A stretch of DNA of 64,000 nucleotides from Octopus sinensis (Eukaryota). The stretch's first letter is position 1, and every line of letters begins with the position of its first letter. The DNA is taken from assembly GCF_006345805.1 (NCBI RefSeq), contig NC_043008.1, forward strand, positions 65,038,001 through 65,102,000, written 5' to 3'. Position numbers and translations under genes: made by a program. A model generated the notes under the pieces. The model ran no database searches. It had not been told where the DNA came from and was given only the letters and a program-made list of their open reading frames with translations. Shown here one piece after another: positions 41,863 through 54,263 of the stretch.

Positions 41863-41979
41863 TCTAGTCTCTCGTACACACACAGACTGTTTTTTATCGA
41901 ATCTTATCTTTCGTACACATGCGGGCTATTATCTGTCGAACCTAGTTTTCGTACACACACAGCCTATTATTTATCCGAC
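41863..41979. repeat. Degenerate minisatellite, 3 units of about 39 bp
   Basis: Each unit contains tcgtacaca and ends tcgaa/ccgac. Confidence 0.75.
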
Positions 41980-42373
41980 TAAAATGAAGAAGACTGGAGG
42001 GAGAAGGTAAGGTAAATCTGATATATACAAGTCGTATCATCCCTTAATGTCTTCCTTGTTAGCTGCTTGCACAGACATTGTACTTGGTTAGCAAGTTAGA
42101 TAGATAGACAGACAGATAGATAGACAGACGGACAAAGAAACATTCACTGGAAGAGGGGTAGTCATTCTGAGTCACCTTCAAATATTTTTAGTTACTCATA
42201 CTACCCCCAGAAGTTGTTTTAAAGTCAAAAATGCATTTTAGACGCCTCTGTTTGTGACACTGCTAATTTGGCACGTTGACACCGACATTGTACATCTGAA
42301 ATGTTTTAGTATAAACCATCTTTTTTCCGTAAAGTCCACGATGCCTGAAAACATAATTTCATGAATGTATATC

Positions 42374-42410
<37 letters not shown>

Positions 42411-42483
42411 TTTAGATACTACGTTCTGGTTTCCTGAGCCATGCATGCGTGTATGTGTGTGAGTGTATTTAATCAGGAGTATA

Positions 42484-42543
42484 TTTTTCTACTCTTTTAC
42501 TTGTTTCAGTCATTTGACTGCGGCCATGCTCGAGCACCGCGTA
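42484..42543 (-). mobile_element. SINE family 1, 3' tail fragment
   Basis: tactcttttacttgtttcagtcatttgactgcggccatgctcgagcaccgc is the reverse complement of the family 1 end. Confidence 0.8.
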
Positions 42544-42625
42544 GTACGTGTTTTTATTTGGCAAAATAAATAAATAAATAAAATGACCATCTCGAAATAC
42601 AACAACATATGTATATATGTATACA

Positions 42626-43271
42626 CGAGGGAAGTCATCCGCACTTTCGCCATCATAATATATCTTTATTATTGTCACAATGCCTTCTGCGCATGCGTGC
42701 TTATAGCTGTTACTATTGTGGTTACATGGTCGAAGTTTGAGCCTGATCACACCATTTTACTTTCTGGCTTTACAGTGTAAGCATGGCCGCTCCACTAGCA
42801 ACGTGCACTAAATAAGAACACAGAGCAGTGATCCAAGAGATGGTAATGGTAATGGTTAACCGGTTCAGTATTACCATCTCTCGAGATTGTTTAATCTTCT
42901 CGTCAGTGGTGGAGGTTGACGGAAGTCCTGCTTCACCTTCGTGAGTCACACTTGTCCGGCCTCTTTTCAACTTCTCGATCCACTCATGCACATTACTCGG
43001 CGATATTGCGCTGATCCGGTATTATGCTAAAAGCTTCCAATATATTTCAGCACCTGAGACACCTTTCGACCAGAGAAATCGGATCACTGCTCTTTGTTCT
43101 TCTTTGGTGCCAATTGCTGTAAAGCCAAAAAGAAAAATGTCCCGATCAGGCCCAAACTTCAATCACGTGAACATAGTATTATTAAATACAAGTACGCATG
43201 CGCAGAAGGCAGTGTGACAATAACAAAGATATATTAAGACGAAAGTGCGGATAAATTTTGAATTCCTCTCG
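42626..43271. mobile_element. Palindromic (fold-back) mariner derivative built from two 5' ends
   Basis: Left arm on plus strand: TIR, 5' UTR, MAAPLATCTK*EHRAVI. Right arm on minus strand: the same TIR and UTR, then EEQRAVIRFLWSKG and HEWIEKLKRGRTSV (track ORF 42770-42991). TA at 43272-43273. Confidence 0.85.
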
Positions 43272-44936
43272 TATATGCACGTTCATTATAAATAAAATAT
43301 AGGAGCTAAATCTATGGACGTAAAGTGGATCAACGCTTTTTTAAAATTCTAAATGTTATGTTTATACTACAGTAATTTCACATTGGTATTATAAAAATAT
43401 ATTACTTCAAAAATTTTACCACAGACTATGAGTCAATGATGCGCGTGTACTCGTGTGTTTGTATGTTTGGGTGTGTTCGTCTTAATGAATATCTCATACG
43501 GAGGCATTGTCTTTTTTTCTCAAACGGTGCATGGGTTTATGTTTGCATAACTTAGCGTTGTGACAAATCGTGATTCTAAAATATGTACGACGTTTACACA
43601 CAACTACTGCGTCCCTCATAATCGGCTAAAAATCATCAAGGTAATGCGGCAGTTTAACAGCATTCAAGAACTTAAACGAGTAAAAATGCGAAAATTTCAG
43701 CTATTGGCTATAAACACTGCGTTGTGATGAGATCAGACTCACTGTATAATATTGTCGCAGATATTTATATTAGAGCAATGTCATTGTTTCAGACACTTGT
43801 TTTACATATAAGCCCTTATATATAAGTATGCATGCGTGACAAGAAAAATATAGCATAAAACAAATTATAAAATACATTAAAATGCATCATCTGAAATAGG
43901 GTGGAAGAACATAACAATTTTATTCACTATGTATTTTAAATATAAGTTTCTTCAGTTTATAGAAATATGAAGTTTTGGTATTGTATATAACTTTGATATA
44001 CTTATTTCTACCTCTTTAAGTTCTGATATATATCTCGCAAATCTACGTTGTGTTTCAATTCGTTGGCTCAACAGTATAAGTATTAATACAGTAATCAATA
44101 AAAGCAATTAGTTGTATCTAATATCACAAACGTTGGAACCTCAATATATCAGAAATAGAAACTTTATAGTAGTTAAATGACAACTATTAGCAACAGAGAG
44201 CGGACAAATAGGATGGAGACACACACCATGCCTTACAGACATATATGTTAGTTTTGTACACCTTCGAGTATAAGTCGGTCTGCTTAATCGCAGAACAGAC
44301 ACTAGACGGCAACAACAATAACAAAGTTGGCCATATGCCGAATACATGGAAATCTATAGTCTCTTGTACAACTCTAGAAGCAATAAAAAGTTGGAATGTT
44401 TGCCATGTAAAACAGAGAAATATAATAAAGAAGGGTTTATGTTTCCTTGCGGCTCCATGTGAAAATAAATTATTCTAAGATATGTTATAAACAATAGTCT
44501 GACAATTTACTATAGTTGGCTGTTTCGTCTAACACCTATTAAACATCGGTGTGTACTACAAGTCGTCGATATGCTTCAGTTCCTACGACGATGTCCATGG
44601 TCTAGGCTAGTGCATCCGAGAAGAATGGCAAACAATTTAATTTTAACAGAAAAGTTATTGCACAACTATTGTCGCTTCCTCGTATTTGTGCCTGCCTTCA
44701 GCTTCTTAGACGAATCTATCAACACAGACATTATGTGTAAAGAATTTTTTAAATGTGATTTTTATTTAAAATTATCTGCCTCGATTATGAAGCTTAATTT
44801 AGCTTGAGATATTATTTAGCTGTAATCTGTGAGGCCATCAACATCATTAATAGAATTTATGTGTTGGGGGCTGTATGTATACATAAATATATACATCTAC
44901 CTATGTATATGTATATATATACATGCATGTAAGTAA

Positions 44937-45001
<65 letters not shown>

Positions 45002-45048
45002 CACATATTTTTGCATATATGTATATATCTATATTTGTCTGTATCCAT

Positions 45049-45082
<34 letters not shown>

Positions 45083-45099
45083 ATAATATATATATATAT

Positions 45100-45194
<95 letters not shown>

Positions 45195-46069
45195 CATATA
45201 TATATACCTACATATGCATCTAACGTCTTCGCTTCTGTAACAAGCCATTAAGAATGGCAAAGTTGTAGAATAAGTAAAACGACTCAAAGTCTAATCATGA
45301 AACATCTCAACTGACAAATAGTTATTTAGAATAGTTTTATCTATTTTCTGCAAATTTCCTCCACTTAATTACATTTTATACATTACTTACTGCTTTACAC
45401 AATATTTAGTTTCCATTATTCTCTGATAGCTTTCGCATGACTATTGAACTCTCCTGTATTCACATCTCCTTGCACGCAACTTTGTACTTTAGTTCATTTG
45501 AAATGAGCTTTCCTATTTATGTCTGCTTATGTTAATTCATGTCATTTCGTTTATTTTAAATTTCAATATGTCATCATTTACTCATGCATCTACATTGCAA
45601 TATACTTAGTTACATTTATATTATTTTCACTACAAAACCAAAAAAAAAAATAATAATAATAATTCTCAACTAAAAACAACTACAAAGAAAGAAGAAAACG
45701 GAATCTTGAGTTTCCATTTTCTTTAAGAATTTTATTGCTTTACGTTGCTGAGGATTTAGAAAGTAATAGTTTTTCTTCTGCGACTGTGATTTATTTTTGC
45801 AGTTATTTTCGTTTTCAATCCATTTTATTTTACATGCTGTCGCATGTTTAGGATTATAAGCCATGTTTCCGCATCATTTCCGTTCGGCGCAATCAATTCT
45901 CATCTCATTATTCAGCTATGTGCGAAGGAAATAGTTTTAAGAAAGATATCAAGGATAAATGAACAGAAAAAAAGAAATATATATATATATATATATCATT
46001 GCCTTTTCCAAGAAGCCATAATTTCAATGCTAGTTATTATGTAACCGTTTGAATATATATGCAATTTGG

Positions 46070-46131
46070 TGACGCAATTGACGCCAATCGCGCGGAAACC
46101 GTATATGGGCGCCATTCACACGATTTATTAC
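46070..46131. promoter_or_regulatory. CpG-rich motif cluster (TGACGCAAT, TGACGCCAAT, CGCGCGGAAA, GATTTATTAC)
   Basis: Direct motif matches in non-repetitive DNA; function is inferred. Confidence 0.35.
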
Positions 46132-47014
46132 CTCATTGAAACATTGACATTTATAAAACGGCGGCAGTGAAAGAAAATTCATTTTACTAGTTTCGAAACC
46201 TTCGAGGAAATTGTGTCCAGTGTAGCAGAGTTGTGGTCGTTTGATTCACTTACAACACATGCGCCATCAACTTTTCTAATTACATGCGATTATAGTATGT
46301 GTTTATAATCATTTTATTTCTTTTAATATTTTTTTTTTTTTTGCTGAGTGGTAGTATTACAACCCATGCATATGATGATAGCGGTAAACCAATATTAATC
46401 TATTCAAACTACAACCATACTGCCTTTCAAAGACACGTAGATTAATGTTAAGTATGGTGTCGTTTTGCAGTTAAGACGATAGAATGTAAATTAGAGAAAA
46501 TTTCGTTGCTAAATCGAGCAGTTCTGTTGACTTTATAGAGTCTCCCTTGTGATCACTAAATTGCTGTTGCTGTTACTATTTAATACTACGCCAGCCTGCA
46601 TTACATAAACATATAATCAACGTGGTACTACTCTCAACATCCAGTCTTCATTTGAAAGATGTAGACGTATTATACGGAGCACAATAAAGTCACTTCTTGT
46701 AAAGAATTCAGGGTGCAATATGTGAGATATTTGGTGCCATTTTCATGGATAAAACGACGATATTTGGTCTTCCTGAGCGATGTTTATAAAAGCGACATAT
46801 AGTGCTATATACATTAAAAACAAATCGGCCTATGTTGTTTACCTGACTTTTACCATTTTATCTATAACTGAACAAATGAAACGGTGAATTCTGTGGGATT
46901 TGAATACAGAGAGTAATGGGCCTTGAATGAATAACAAAAGCGGGTTTGTCTTACATTGTCGCGTTTATGACAGCCCACATCACTTGATTCTTTACTTTCT
47001 TACACATCACGAGA

Positions 47015-47398
47015 GTGGAGGCGCAATGGCCCAGTGGTTAGGGCAGTGGACTCGCGGTCATAGGTTCGCGGTTTCGATTCCCACACCGGGCGTTGTGAGT
47101 GTTTATTGAGCGAAAACACCTAAAGCTCCACGAGGCTCCGGCAGGAGATGGTGGTGATCCCTGCTGTACTCTTTCACCACAACTTTCTCTCACTCTTACG
47201 TCCTGTTTCTGTTGTACCTGTATTTCAAAGGGCCGGCCTTGTCACTCTCTGTGTCACGCTGAATATCCCCGAGAACTACGTTAAGGGTACACGTGTCTGT
47301 GGAGTGCTCAGCCACTTGCACGTTAATTTCACGAGCAGGCTGTTCCGTTGATTCGGATCAACCGGAACCCTCGTCGTCGTAACCGACGGAGTGCTTCC
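47015..47398 (+). mobile_element. Full-length young tRNA-derived SINE family 3
   Basis: A box tggcccagtgg and B box gtttcgattcc; 13-bp TSD acacatcacgaga (47002-47014, 47399-47411). Confidence 0.92.
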
Positions 47399-47739
47399 AC
47401 ACATCACGAGAAAACAATTTGGATTATAATTTGAATTAATATAATCTTTATTTCAGCAAATTTACCACATTTACTCTATTTCATTTTCATTATCGTCTAA
47501 AAGAAGAGAGATAGTAGATATGGTGGAAACTGTAAATTGCAGTAATTGATTTTGGTTTTGATGGAGGTAGGAAGTGGATGCTTATTTTTTGTTTTTAAAT
47601 AATAATAATTGACAAGCTTATTGATAATATTTAGGATAAGTAGTTGAAAGAAGTGTCAGAATATTTAAAATATATTTGTTGATATATATATATCGATAAA
47701 TACATTTCATACATATATAAGGGCGCATTTATATATATA

Positions 47740-47971
47740 TATTTCTTTATTACCCACAAGGGGCTAAACACAGAGGGGATAAACAAGGACAGACAAACGG
47801 ATTAAGTCGATTACATCGACCCCAGTGCGTAACTGGTACTTAATTTATCGACCCCGAAAGGATGAAAGGCAAAGTCGACCTCGGCGGAATTTGAACTCAG
47901 AACGTAACGGCAGACGAAATACGGCTACGCATTTCGTCCGGCGTGCTAACGTTTCTGCCAGCTCGCCGCCT
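47740..47971 (-). mobile_element. Full-length SINE family 2
   Basis: Reverse complement runs ggcggcgagctggcagaaacgttag...gtcgactttgcctttcatcc...gtgggtaataaagaaat. Confidence 0.92.
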
Positions 47972-47997
47972 TTTTCTTTTATTTATATATATATATA

Positions 47998-48211
47998 AAT
48001 GCGCCCTTTTAAAGCTTAGCCTGGCTCATGGTCCCGGTTCCCCAGTTGGACGGGACGCCAGTCCATCGAAGCATTACTCATTTTTGCCAGCTAAGTGGAC
48101 TGGAGCAACGTGAACTGAAGTGTTTTGCTCAAGAACACAACCCGTCCACCGGTCCAGGAATCGAAACAACAATCTTACGATCCTGATGCCGACACCCTAA
48201 CCACTAAGCCA
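47998..48211 (-). mobile_element. tRNA-derived SINE family 4 (Meta-domain-like body)
   Basis: Minus strand tggcttagtggttaggg (A box), gtttcgattcc (B box), tgtgttcttgagcaaaacact, cgatggactggcgtcccgtcca. Confidence 0.75.
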
Positions 48212-48361
48212 ACAGACGGCAGCACATAGTTGTGTGCGTAATGAGAGTTACCGTTAACCTTCATGAACCAGTGTACCGAGTGATATTGCTGTGTTTACTT
48301 CACAAGTGGTGAAATTTGTGTTTTTGTGATCTTGTGTATGCTGATGTCTGCGATTTTTGTC

Positions 48362-48600
48362 ATGGACAGGAAGTTGCAACAAAGAGCGACCGTTAAATTT
48401 TGCGTTAAACTACACAGACATCGAGCATGCTTCGGCAAGCTTACATTGACGAGGCAATGGGGTCGTACGCAATGTTTCGAGTGGCACTGGCGTTTTCAAA
48501 GCAAGAAACCGTCCTTGGAAGATGATGAATGATCTGGATGACCTTCCACAAGCTTAACCGCCCGGAAATGAGGAAAAAGTTTATCAGCTTATGCATGAGG
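48362..48600 (+). mobile_element. mariner transposase 5' fragment
   Basis: MDRKLQQRATVKFCVKL...GRTQCFEWHWRF..SLEDDE (track ORF 48326-48532). Confidence 0.8.
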
Positions 48601-49087
48601 ATAGAGTGTGTGTGTGTGTATGCATAGATGCATGTATATGCTAGTGTGTGTGTGTGTGTGTGTTCTCTGTGTGATTGTATGCGCGCGCACGTGAGCATAC
48701 ACATGAGTAAACAAGATAGACAAATGTTTGCTCCTTTTTTTCTAATGCCTAAAAACCATATGCTGCAATAATGAAAAGAGTTATCATAAGCTGAATTTTC
48801 AGAAACAGAGGACCACGTTCATATATTAACTTCGTCAATAGCCATGCTATATTACGGAGGGATACTGGAGAAGTCATGCAAAACGGGAAATATGTACGAT
48901 TTGCTATGTAAAATATCTACGGGAGACATCGAGTAATTTAGATCAAAATTAAAATCAGATTTTACTATATACATACGGAAATGAGTTGTTACAATTACTA
49001 TTCGGATAGATATCACATACTAATATATAAAATTCATTTTAGCGTGCAGAATGATTAGCAAAATCTCATAATAAATGTAGGGGAAAA

Positions 49088-49474
49088 GGAAGCACTCCGT
49101 CGGTTACGACGACGAGGGTTCCGGTTGATCCGAATCAACGGAACAGCCTGCTCGCGAAATTAACGTGTAAGTGGCTGAGCACTCCACAGACACGTGCACC
49201 CTTAACGTAGTTCTCAGGGATATTCAGCGTGACACAGAGAGTGACAAGGCCGGCCCCTTGAAATACAAGTACAACAGAAACAGGAAGTAAGAGTGAGAGA
49301 AAGTTGTGGTGAAAGAGTACAGCAGGGATCACCACCATCCCCTGCCGGAGCCTCGTGGAGCTTTTTTAGGTGTTTTCGCTCAATAAACACTCACTACGCC
49401 CGGTCTGGGAATCGAAACCGCAATCCTATGACCGCAAGTCTGCTGCCCTAACCACTGGGCCATTGCGCCTCCAC
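49088..49474 (-). mobile_element. Full-length young SINE family 3 (inverted relative to 47015)
   Basis: Near-identical reverse complement of 47015-47398; 11-bp TSD cataataaatg (49067-49077, 49475-49485). Confidence 0.92.
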
Positions 49475-49660
49475 CATAATAAATGGAAACGTATCATATT
49501 CATAAAAAAGCTTATGACATACATAAATCTACAGTTGTTAGAAAAACAGTACAACACAAAACGAAGGCACATTTTGAGATGTATGCACATACATATATGT
49601 GTATGTATGGATGTGTGCATATACATGTGTGTATGTAGATATGTATGCATATAGGTTTAA

Positions 49661-49892
49661 GGCGGTGAGCTGGAAGAAATGTTAGCATACCCGGCGATAA
49701 TGCTTAGTGGTATTTAGTCTGTCTTTAGGTTCTGAGTCCAAATTCCGCCGATGTCGACTTTGCCTTTCATCCTTTTGGGGTCGATAAATTAAGTGCCAGT
49801 TATGCACTGGGGTCGATATAATCGACTTAATCCGTTTGTCTGTCCTTATTTGTCCCCTCTGTGCTTAGCCCCTTGTGGGCAATAAAGAAATA
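49661..49892 (+). mobile_element. Full-length SINE family 2
   Basis: Homologous to 47740; 17-bp TSD agatatgtatgcatata (49637-49653, 49893-49909). Confidence 0.92.
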
Positions 49893-49929
49893 AGATATGT
49901 ATGCATATATGTTTGCGTTTGTACATATG

Positions 49930-50325
49930 TAGGCGTGACATTATGGTAAGAAGCTTGCTTCCCAACTACATGGTTCTGGGTTCAGTCTCACTGCATGCCA
50001 TTTTGGCCAGTGTCTTCTAGTGCAGCCTCAGTCGAACCAATACCGAGTGAATGGATTTGGTAATCATTTATGTGTGTGTGTGTGTGTGTGTTCGCGGGGC
50101 ATATGTGTATATATATGTGTGCATATGTTTGTCTCCACTTCCATCACTTGACATCTGAAGGTGATGTGTTTTTGTCCCTGTAATTTAACAGTTCGGCAAA
50201 AAAGACCGGTAGAGTAAATACTAAGCATACAAAACATAAATCCTGGCATCGTTTTCTTCGACTATAACCCTTTAAGCCAGTGCTCTAGCATGGCCACACT
50301 TAAATGACTGAAACAAGTAAAAGAA
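49930..50325 (+). mobile_element. Degenerate SINE family 1
   Basis: tggtaagaagcttgcttcccaactacatggttctgggttcag...aaatgactgaaacaagtaaaaga. Confidence 0.8.
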
Positions 50326-50337
50326 TTTATATATATA

Positions 50338-50603
50338 TATATTAATAAAAGGAATTCCAACCTTGTCTGATTTTCACGTTTTATTTACAATCTTATAATG
50401 ATATAATATAAGATAATAGAATATAATAAAATAACATAAAATAATAGAATGTTAAATGTTCATTCTGATTGAACTAGTACTTTTATGCATTAAATTATGC
50501 AATCTTCAGGTTCATGTAGTAGTGGTGACAGTCATGCTTCACAATTTTTGACTGTAGTGAGATGGTTAAATATGTGCCTTAAATACAGCTGTGTGGGCAC
50601 CAG
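50338..50603. repeat. Dispersed direct repeat; second copy at 55272-55550
   Basis: atattaataaaaggaattcc...gctgtgtg(g/a)g(c/t)accag aligns throughout with scattered substitutions. Confidence 0.9.
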
Positions 50604-50999
50604 ATTGCTAGGTTTTGCAAACTGTATTCTGACCAACCAGTGCGTAGCATCACTCAATTACTTAAGCTGTTTGGTTGGTTTAGGCGTAACGCTTTATTGA
50701 ACATGTCAAGAGTCCTATATCTTAACCCTGGCCGAGGCAGCAATTGTTGAGCTATTTTTAGAAATGTTGTAAATAGCCTTTGTCAGGGATTTTTATATTT
50801 CAATTGTCATCATCATCATTGTCAGCACCTTAATTATTGTTGCTAGTGGTGATGGTGGTGGCAATAGAACTTTTAACCCTAAATAAGATAATTTTCCTGC
50901 TATCTTCATCTTGATCACCTTTAGTATTGTTGTTGTTGTTAGTGGTCATGGTCATAGCTGTAGAAGTAGTAACTCTAAGTATTATTATTATTATTGCTT

Positions 51000-51440
51000 A
51001 TTTAGCTTGGGTTCGAGTTTATCAATAAAATTTTTTTCTCTGATTTTCCTCTCGATTTCACTTGGGCTGTGTAATTTGTAATATATATTATATATATTTT
51101 CCGACCACATGTTGCTAGGTGGTTACTTAAAGGTATCTGACGGACCTCTGGGTCTCTAATCTGTTGTCGGTGTACACGTGAGCGTTCTGATAGTGTATTT
51201 CCCGTCTGACCTACATATATTTCTTCACAATTTGGGCGTTTGATGCAGTAAATTAAATTTCTGCTTTTGCAGTTCATATTCGCGTTTGTGAATATTTTCC
51301 CGGTTTTTGTGTTTATATATTGGCCGGTATGTATGAATTGGCATGTGCCACAATGGCTATCATTGCATTTAGATACAGTGAATTTTTGGTCCCTGTTGCT
51401 AAGGTCAAATTTTGCCTTTGTTAGTAATTTTAACAAGTTT
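51000..51440 (-). mobile_element. Penelope-like element, 5'-truncated GIY-YIG endonuclease fragment
   Basis: Track ORF 51002-51436 has CNDSHCGTC and CKSRNLIYCI...IYVGQTG..LSERSRVH; same family as 25379-27122. Confidence 0.88.
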
Positions 51441-51472
51441 TTTTAACAAGTTCTTTTACTAAGAACCATAGC

Positions 51473-51553
51473 TCGACCCCAAAAGGATGAAAGTCAAAGT
51501 CGACCTCGGTGGCATTTGAAATCAAAGCGTGAAGACAGACGAAATGCTGCGTG
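51473..51553 (-). mobile_element. SINE family 2 internal fragment
   Basis: tcgaccccaaaaggatgaaagtcaaagtcgacctcgg. Confidence 0.75.
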
Positions 51554-51815
51554 ATGACGCCCCATGTAGTAAAGCTTGTATCAAAAGTTCGTTAAATTAG
51601 TGACGAATCACTAATTTAAAATCAATATTACCTCAAATTGTTGTTCTACTTTTAGCATTGAGCTCTTCACCATCTGCAAATGCTATGGTACAGAGTTTCC
51701 AACAATTCCAACCCTTTGAGGCGGGATATTATTCTCAACTAGTCTTCAGAAAGTTTACTGCTTCCAGGAAGGTATCAGTAGATTTGTGTACTAACTTAAT
51801 TTCAAATGATGATGT

Positions 51816-51925
51816 CAAAGAATCCCAATCACATCTGAACCTGTGTTGCAGGGAATGAAGATATGGTGTGAGGTATGACTGCTAAGAAAAAGAAGGTGGA
51901 CTGTGGTTGGGGGATAAGAAGATAA
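51816..51925. repeat. Dispersed direct repeat; second copy at 54539-54647
   Basis: caaagaatcccaatca...aatgaagatatggtgtgag...gggggataagaagataa occurs in both. Confidence 0.85.
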
Positions 51926-51948
51926 ATGGAACAAGAGTTTATAGCCGC

Positions 51949-52103
51949 TGGAGAGGCTGTGTCGTAAGAAATTTGCTCCCAAACCACATAATTCCGGATT
52001 CAGTTCCACTGCGTGGCAACTTGGATGTCTTCTGCTATAGCCTCGAGCCGACCAAAGTCTTGTGAGTAGATTTGGTAACAAGAAACTGAAAGAAGCCCGT
52101 CGT

Positions 52104-52161
<58 letters not shown>

Positions 52162-52213
52162 TACTGATATGTGATAGAAAATTCAAATTATGATGTCCTT
52201 TACCCATATATGC

Positions 52214-52244
<31 letters not shown>

Positions 52245-52518
52245 CATGTATGTAGGTATGTACATATATGTATGTATATATACATATATTTATATATTTA
52301 TATTATTATATATATATGTATTTGTATGCCTGTCACTCCACGATCATTTGACAACTGATGTTGGTGTGTTTACGTCTTCATAACTTAACGGTTCGGCAAA
52401 AGACACCGCTAGAATAAGTACTAGACTTACAAAGAATAAGCCCTTCCGTCTATTTGTTCGACTAAAGACGGTGCTCCAGCATTGCCGCACTGAAATGACT
52501 GAAACAAGTGAAAGAATA
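51949..52518 (+). mobile_element. SINE family 1 with expanded internal microsatellite
   Basis: 5' module about 51949-52103, (CA)n/(TA)n, and 3' module about 52330-52518. Confidence 0.82.
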
Positions 52519-53019
52519 ATAGAACATCACTTTACTTATTCAGCAGCTACAACAAACTGGGTGCATCAGTATTCAATCCAACGTTGCATTAAATATTTAG
52601 TTTTATACTTACCCGAGACTGTCTCTTTGTATTTTCTCTCATCTTTTCTCCTCTGCTGTGTATTATCTGAGTATATTTATAATTTGTATGTGTTCGTCTA
52701 CAGACTTTTGAATTTGCTCAAGCATTGCATTAGCGTTTTATGAATATTCACGTTAATGTATGCGAGTAGGCGGTGTTAGAACGCATTTGTGACTAGACTG
52801 AATAAAGCTTTCGTTATTGTCATATCTCTGACATGTGGATTCATATTCATAGGTATGTTTATATATATATGTGGTTGTATTTGAATGCATGCGCCTCCGC
52901 TCTCACTCTCTCTCACTCTCTCTGTCTATCTCAGTCTCTATCTTTCTTTGTCATTCGTTCTCTCTCTCTCTCAGTATATAAATATTCGTAAAGATATGTC
53001 TATATGTGTTGGAGGATGC

Positions 53020-53180
53020 TATGTACTTAGGTGTTTGCTTCCCTATCTCAAGATTCGGGTTCAATCCTACGTGCATGACAGCATGTGCAAGCGTCATCTT
53101 CTGTATCATCGGGGCAACCAAAACTTTTCTGAGTGGCATTGTTATAGGAAAACTGAAAGAAGCCTGTTGTGTATATATAT
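53020..53180 (+). mobile_element. Degenerate SINE family 1, 5' module
   Basis: gggttcaatcc B box; ends aaactgaaagaagcctgttgtgtatat. Confidence 0.6.
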
Positions 53181-53755
53181 CTAAGTAACTTCAAATCTGG
53201 TTACTTCTGCAAAACTAGTCATAATTTGATATCCGTTATTATAGGCTAATTCTATATCTATGAGGTAATGTAGGTTGTAGTTATTGTAGCACTAAGTGTA
53301 CCTTAATATTTATTACGGAATTTTCCCTCCGATAACTCAAGTTGATAAAGAGAATTTTTGGTAAATTTCTCTTTATATTTATTACGGAATTCTCCCTCCG
53401 ATAACCTAAATAAATACAGAACATTTTTTTATTAGCTATTTTAAACATTTTTTATATCAATAATTTTAAATAAAAGAGAAGTGTTTTTACATATTTCAAA
53501 AGTTTATTTACGCCTTATGTATTTCTCATAAATCAAATATTGTATGTAAGTCGAAACAAATTGTTGACAATTTTGCTTTTTAATGATTTTTTATTTTATC
53601 TTTTATTATATTATATTCATATATATACTATGCTATAATATAAATACATTATCGGATCGTTAGTTGAAGATCTCTATTTAATCTATTGTTTATATACATA
53701 CATACATACATATATATATATGTATAATCTTTTGTTTATATAGATACATATATAC

Positions 53756-53831
<76 letters not shown>

Positions 53832-53854
53832 ATATAAACACATATATATGCACT

Positions 53855-54068
53855 TTATCCTCACCCTTGTACACCTTGACAACTGGTGTTGACGTGTTTA
53901 CGTCCCCGCAACTTCGCAGTTGGGTCCAAGAAGATAGGTAAAGTGAATACCGGGAATAAAAAAAATAAATACAGTTGGACATTCGTTCGATTAAAATTCT
54001 TCAAAGTGGTGCCCCAGCACGGCCACAGTCTAATGACTGAAACAAGTAAGCGTTAAAATGATAAAAGA
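53855..54068 (+). mobile_element. SINE family 1, 3' module
   Basis: ttgacaactggtgttgacgtgtttacgtccccg...cagcacggccacagtctaatgactgaaacaagtaa. Confidence 0.7.
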
Positions 54069-54075
54069 TCATATG

Positions 54076-54131
<56 letters not shown>

Positions 54132-54159
54132 TGATAGATAGATAGATAGATAGATAGAT

Positions 54160-54263
<104 letters not shown>

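Noticed and set aside
41863-41979. CRISPR-like repeat array
   Set aside because: The units are contiguous, degenerate tandem copies without unique spacers, there are no cas genes, and the context is eukaryotic.
47015-47095. Functional tRNA genes (also 362, 18744, 48211, 49661)
   Set aside because: A/B boxes are present but no complete cloverleaf or acceptor stem could be drawn; each continues into a SINE body.
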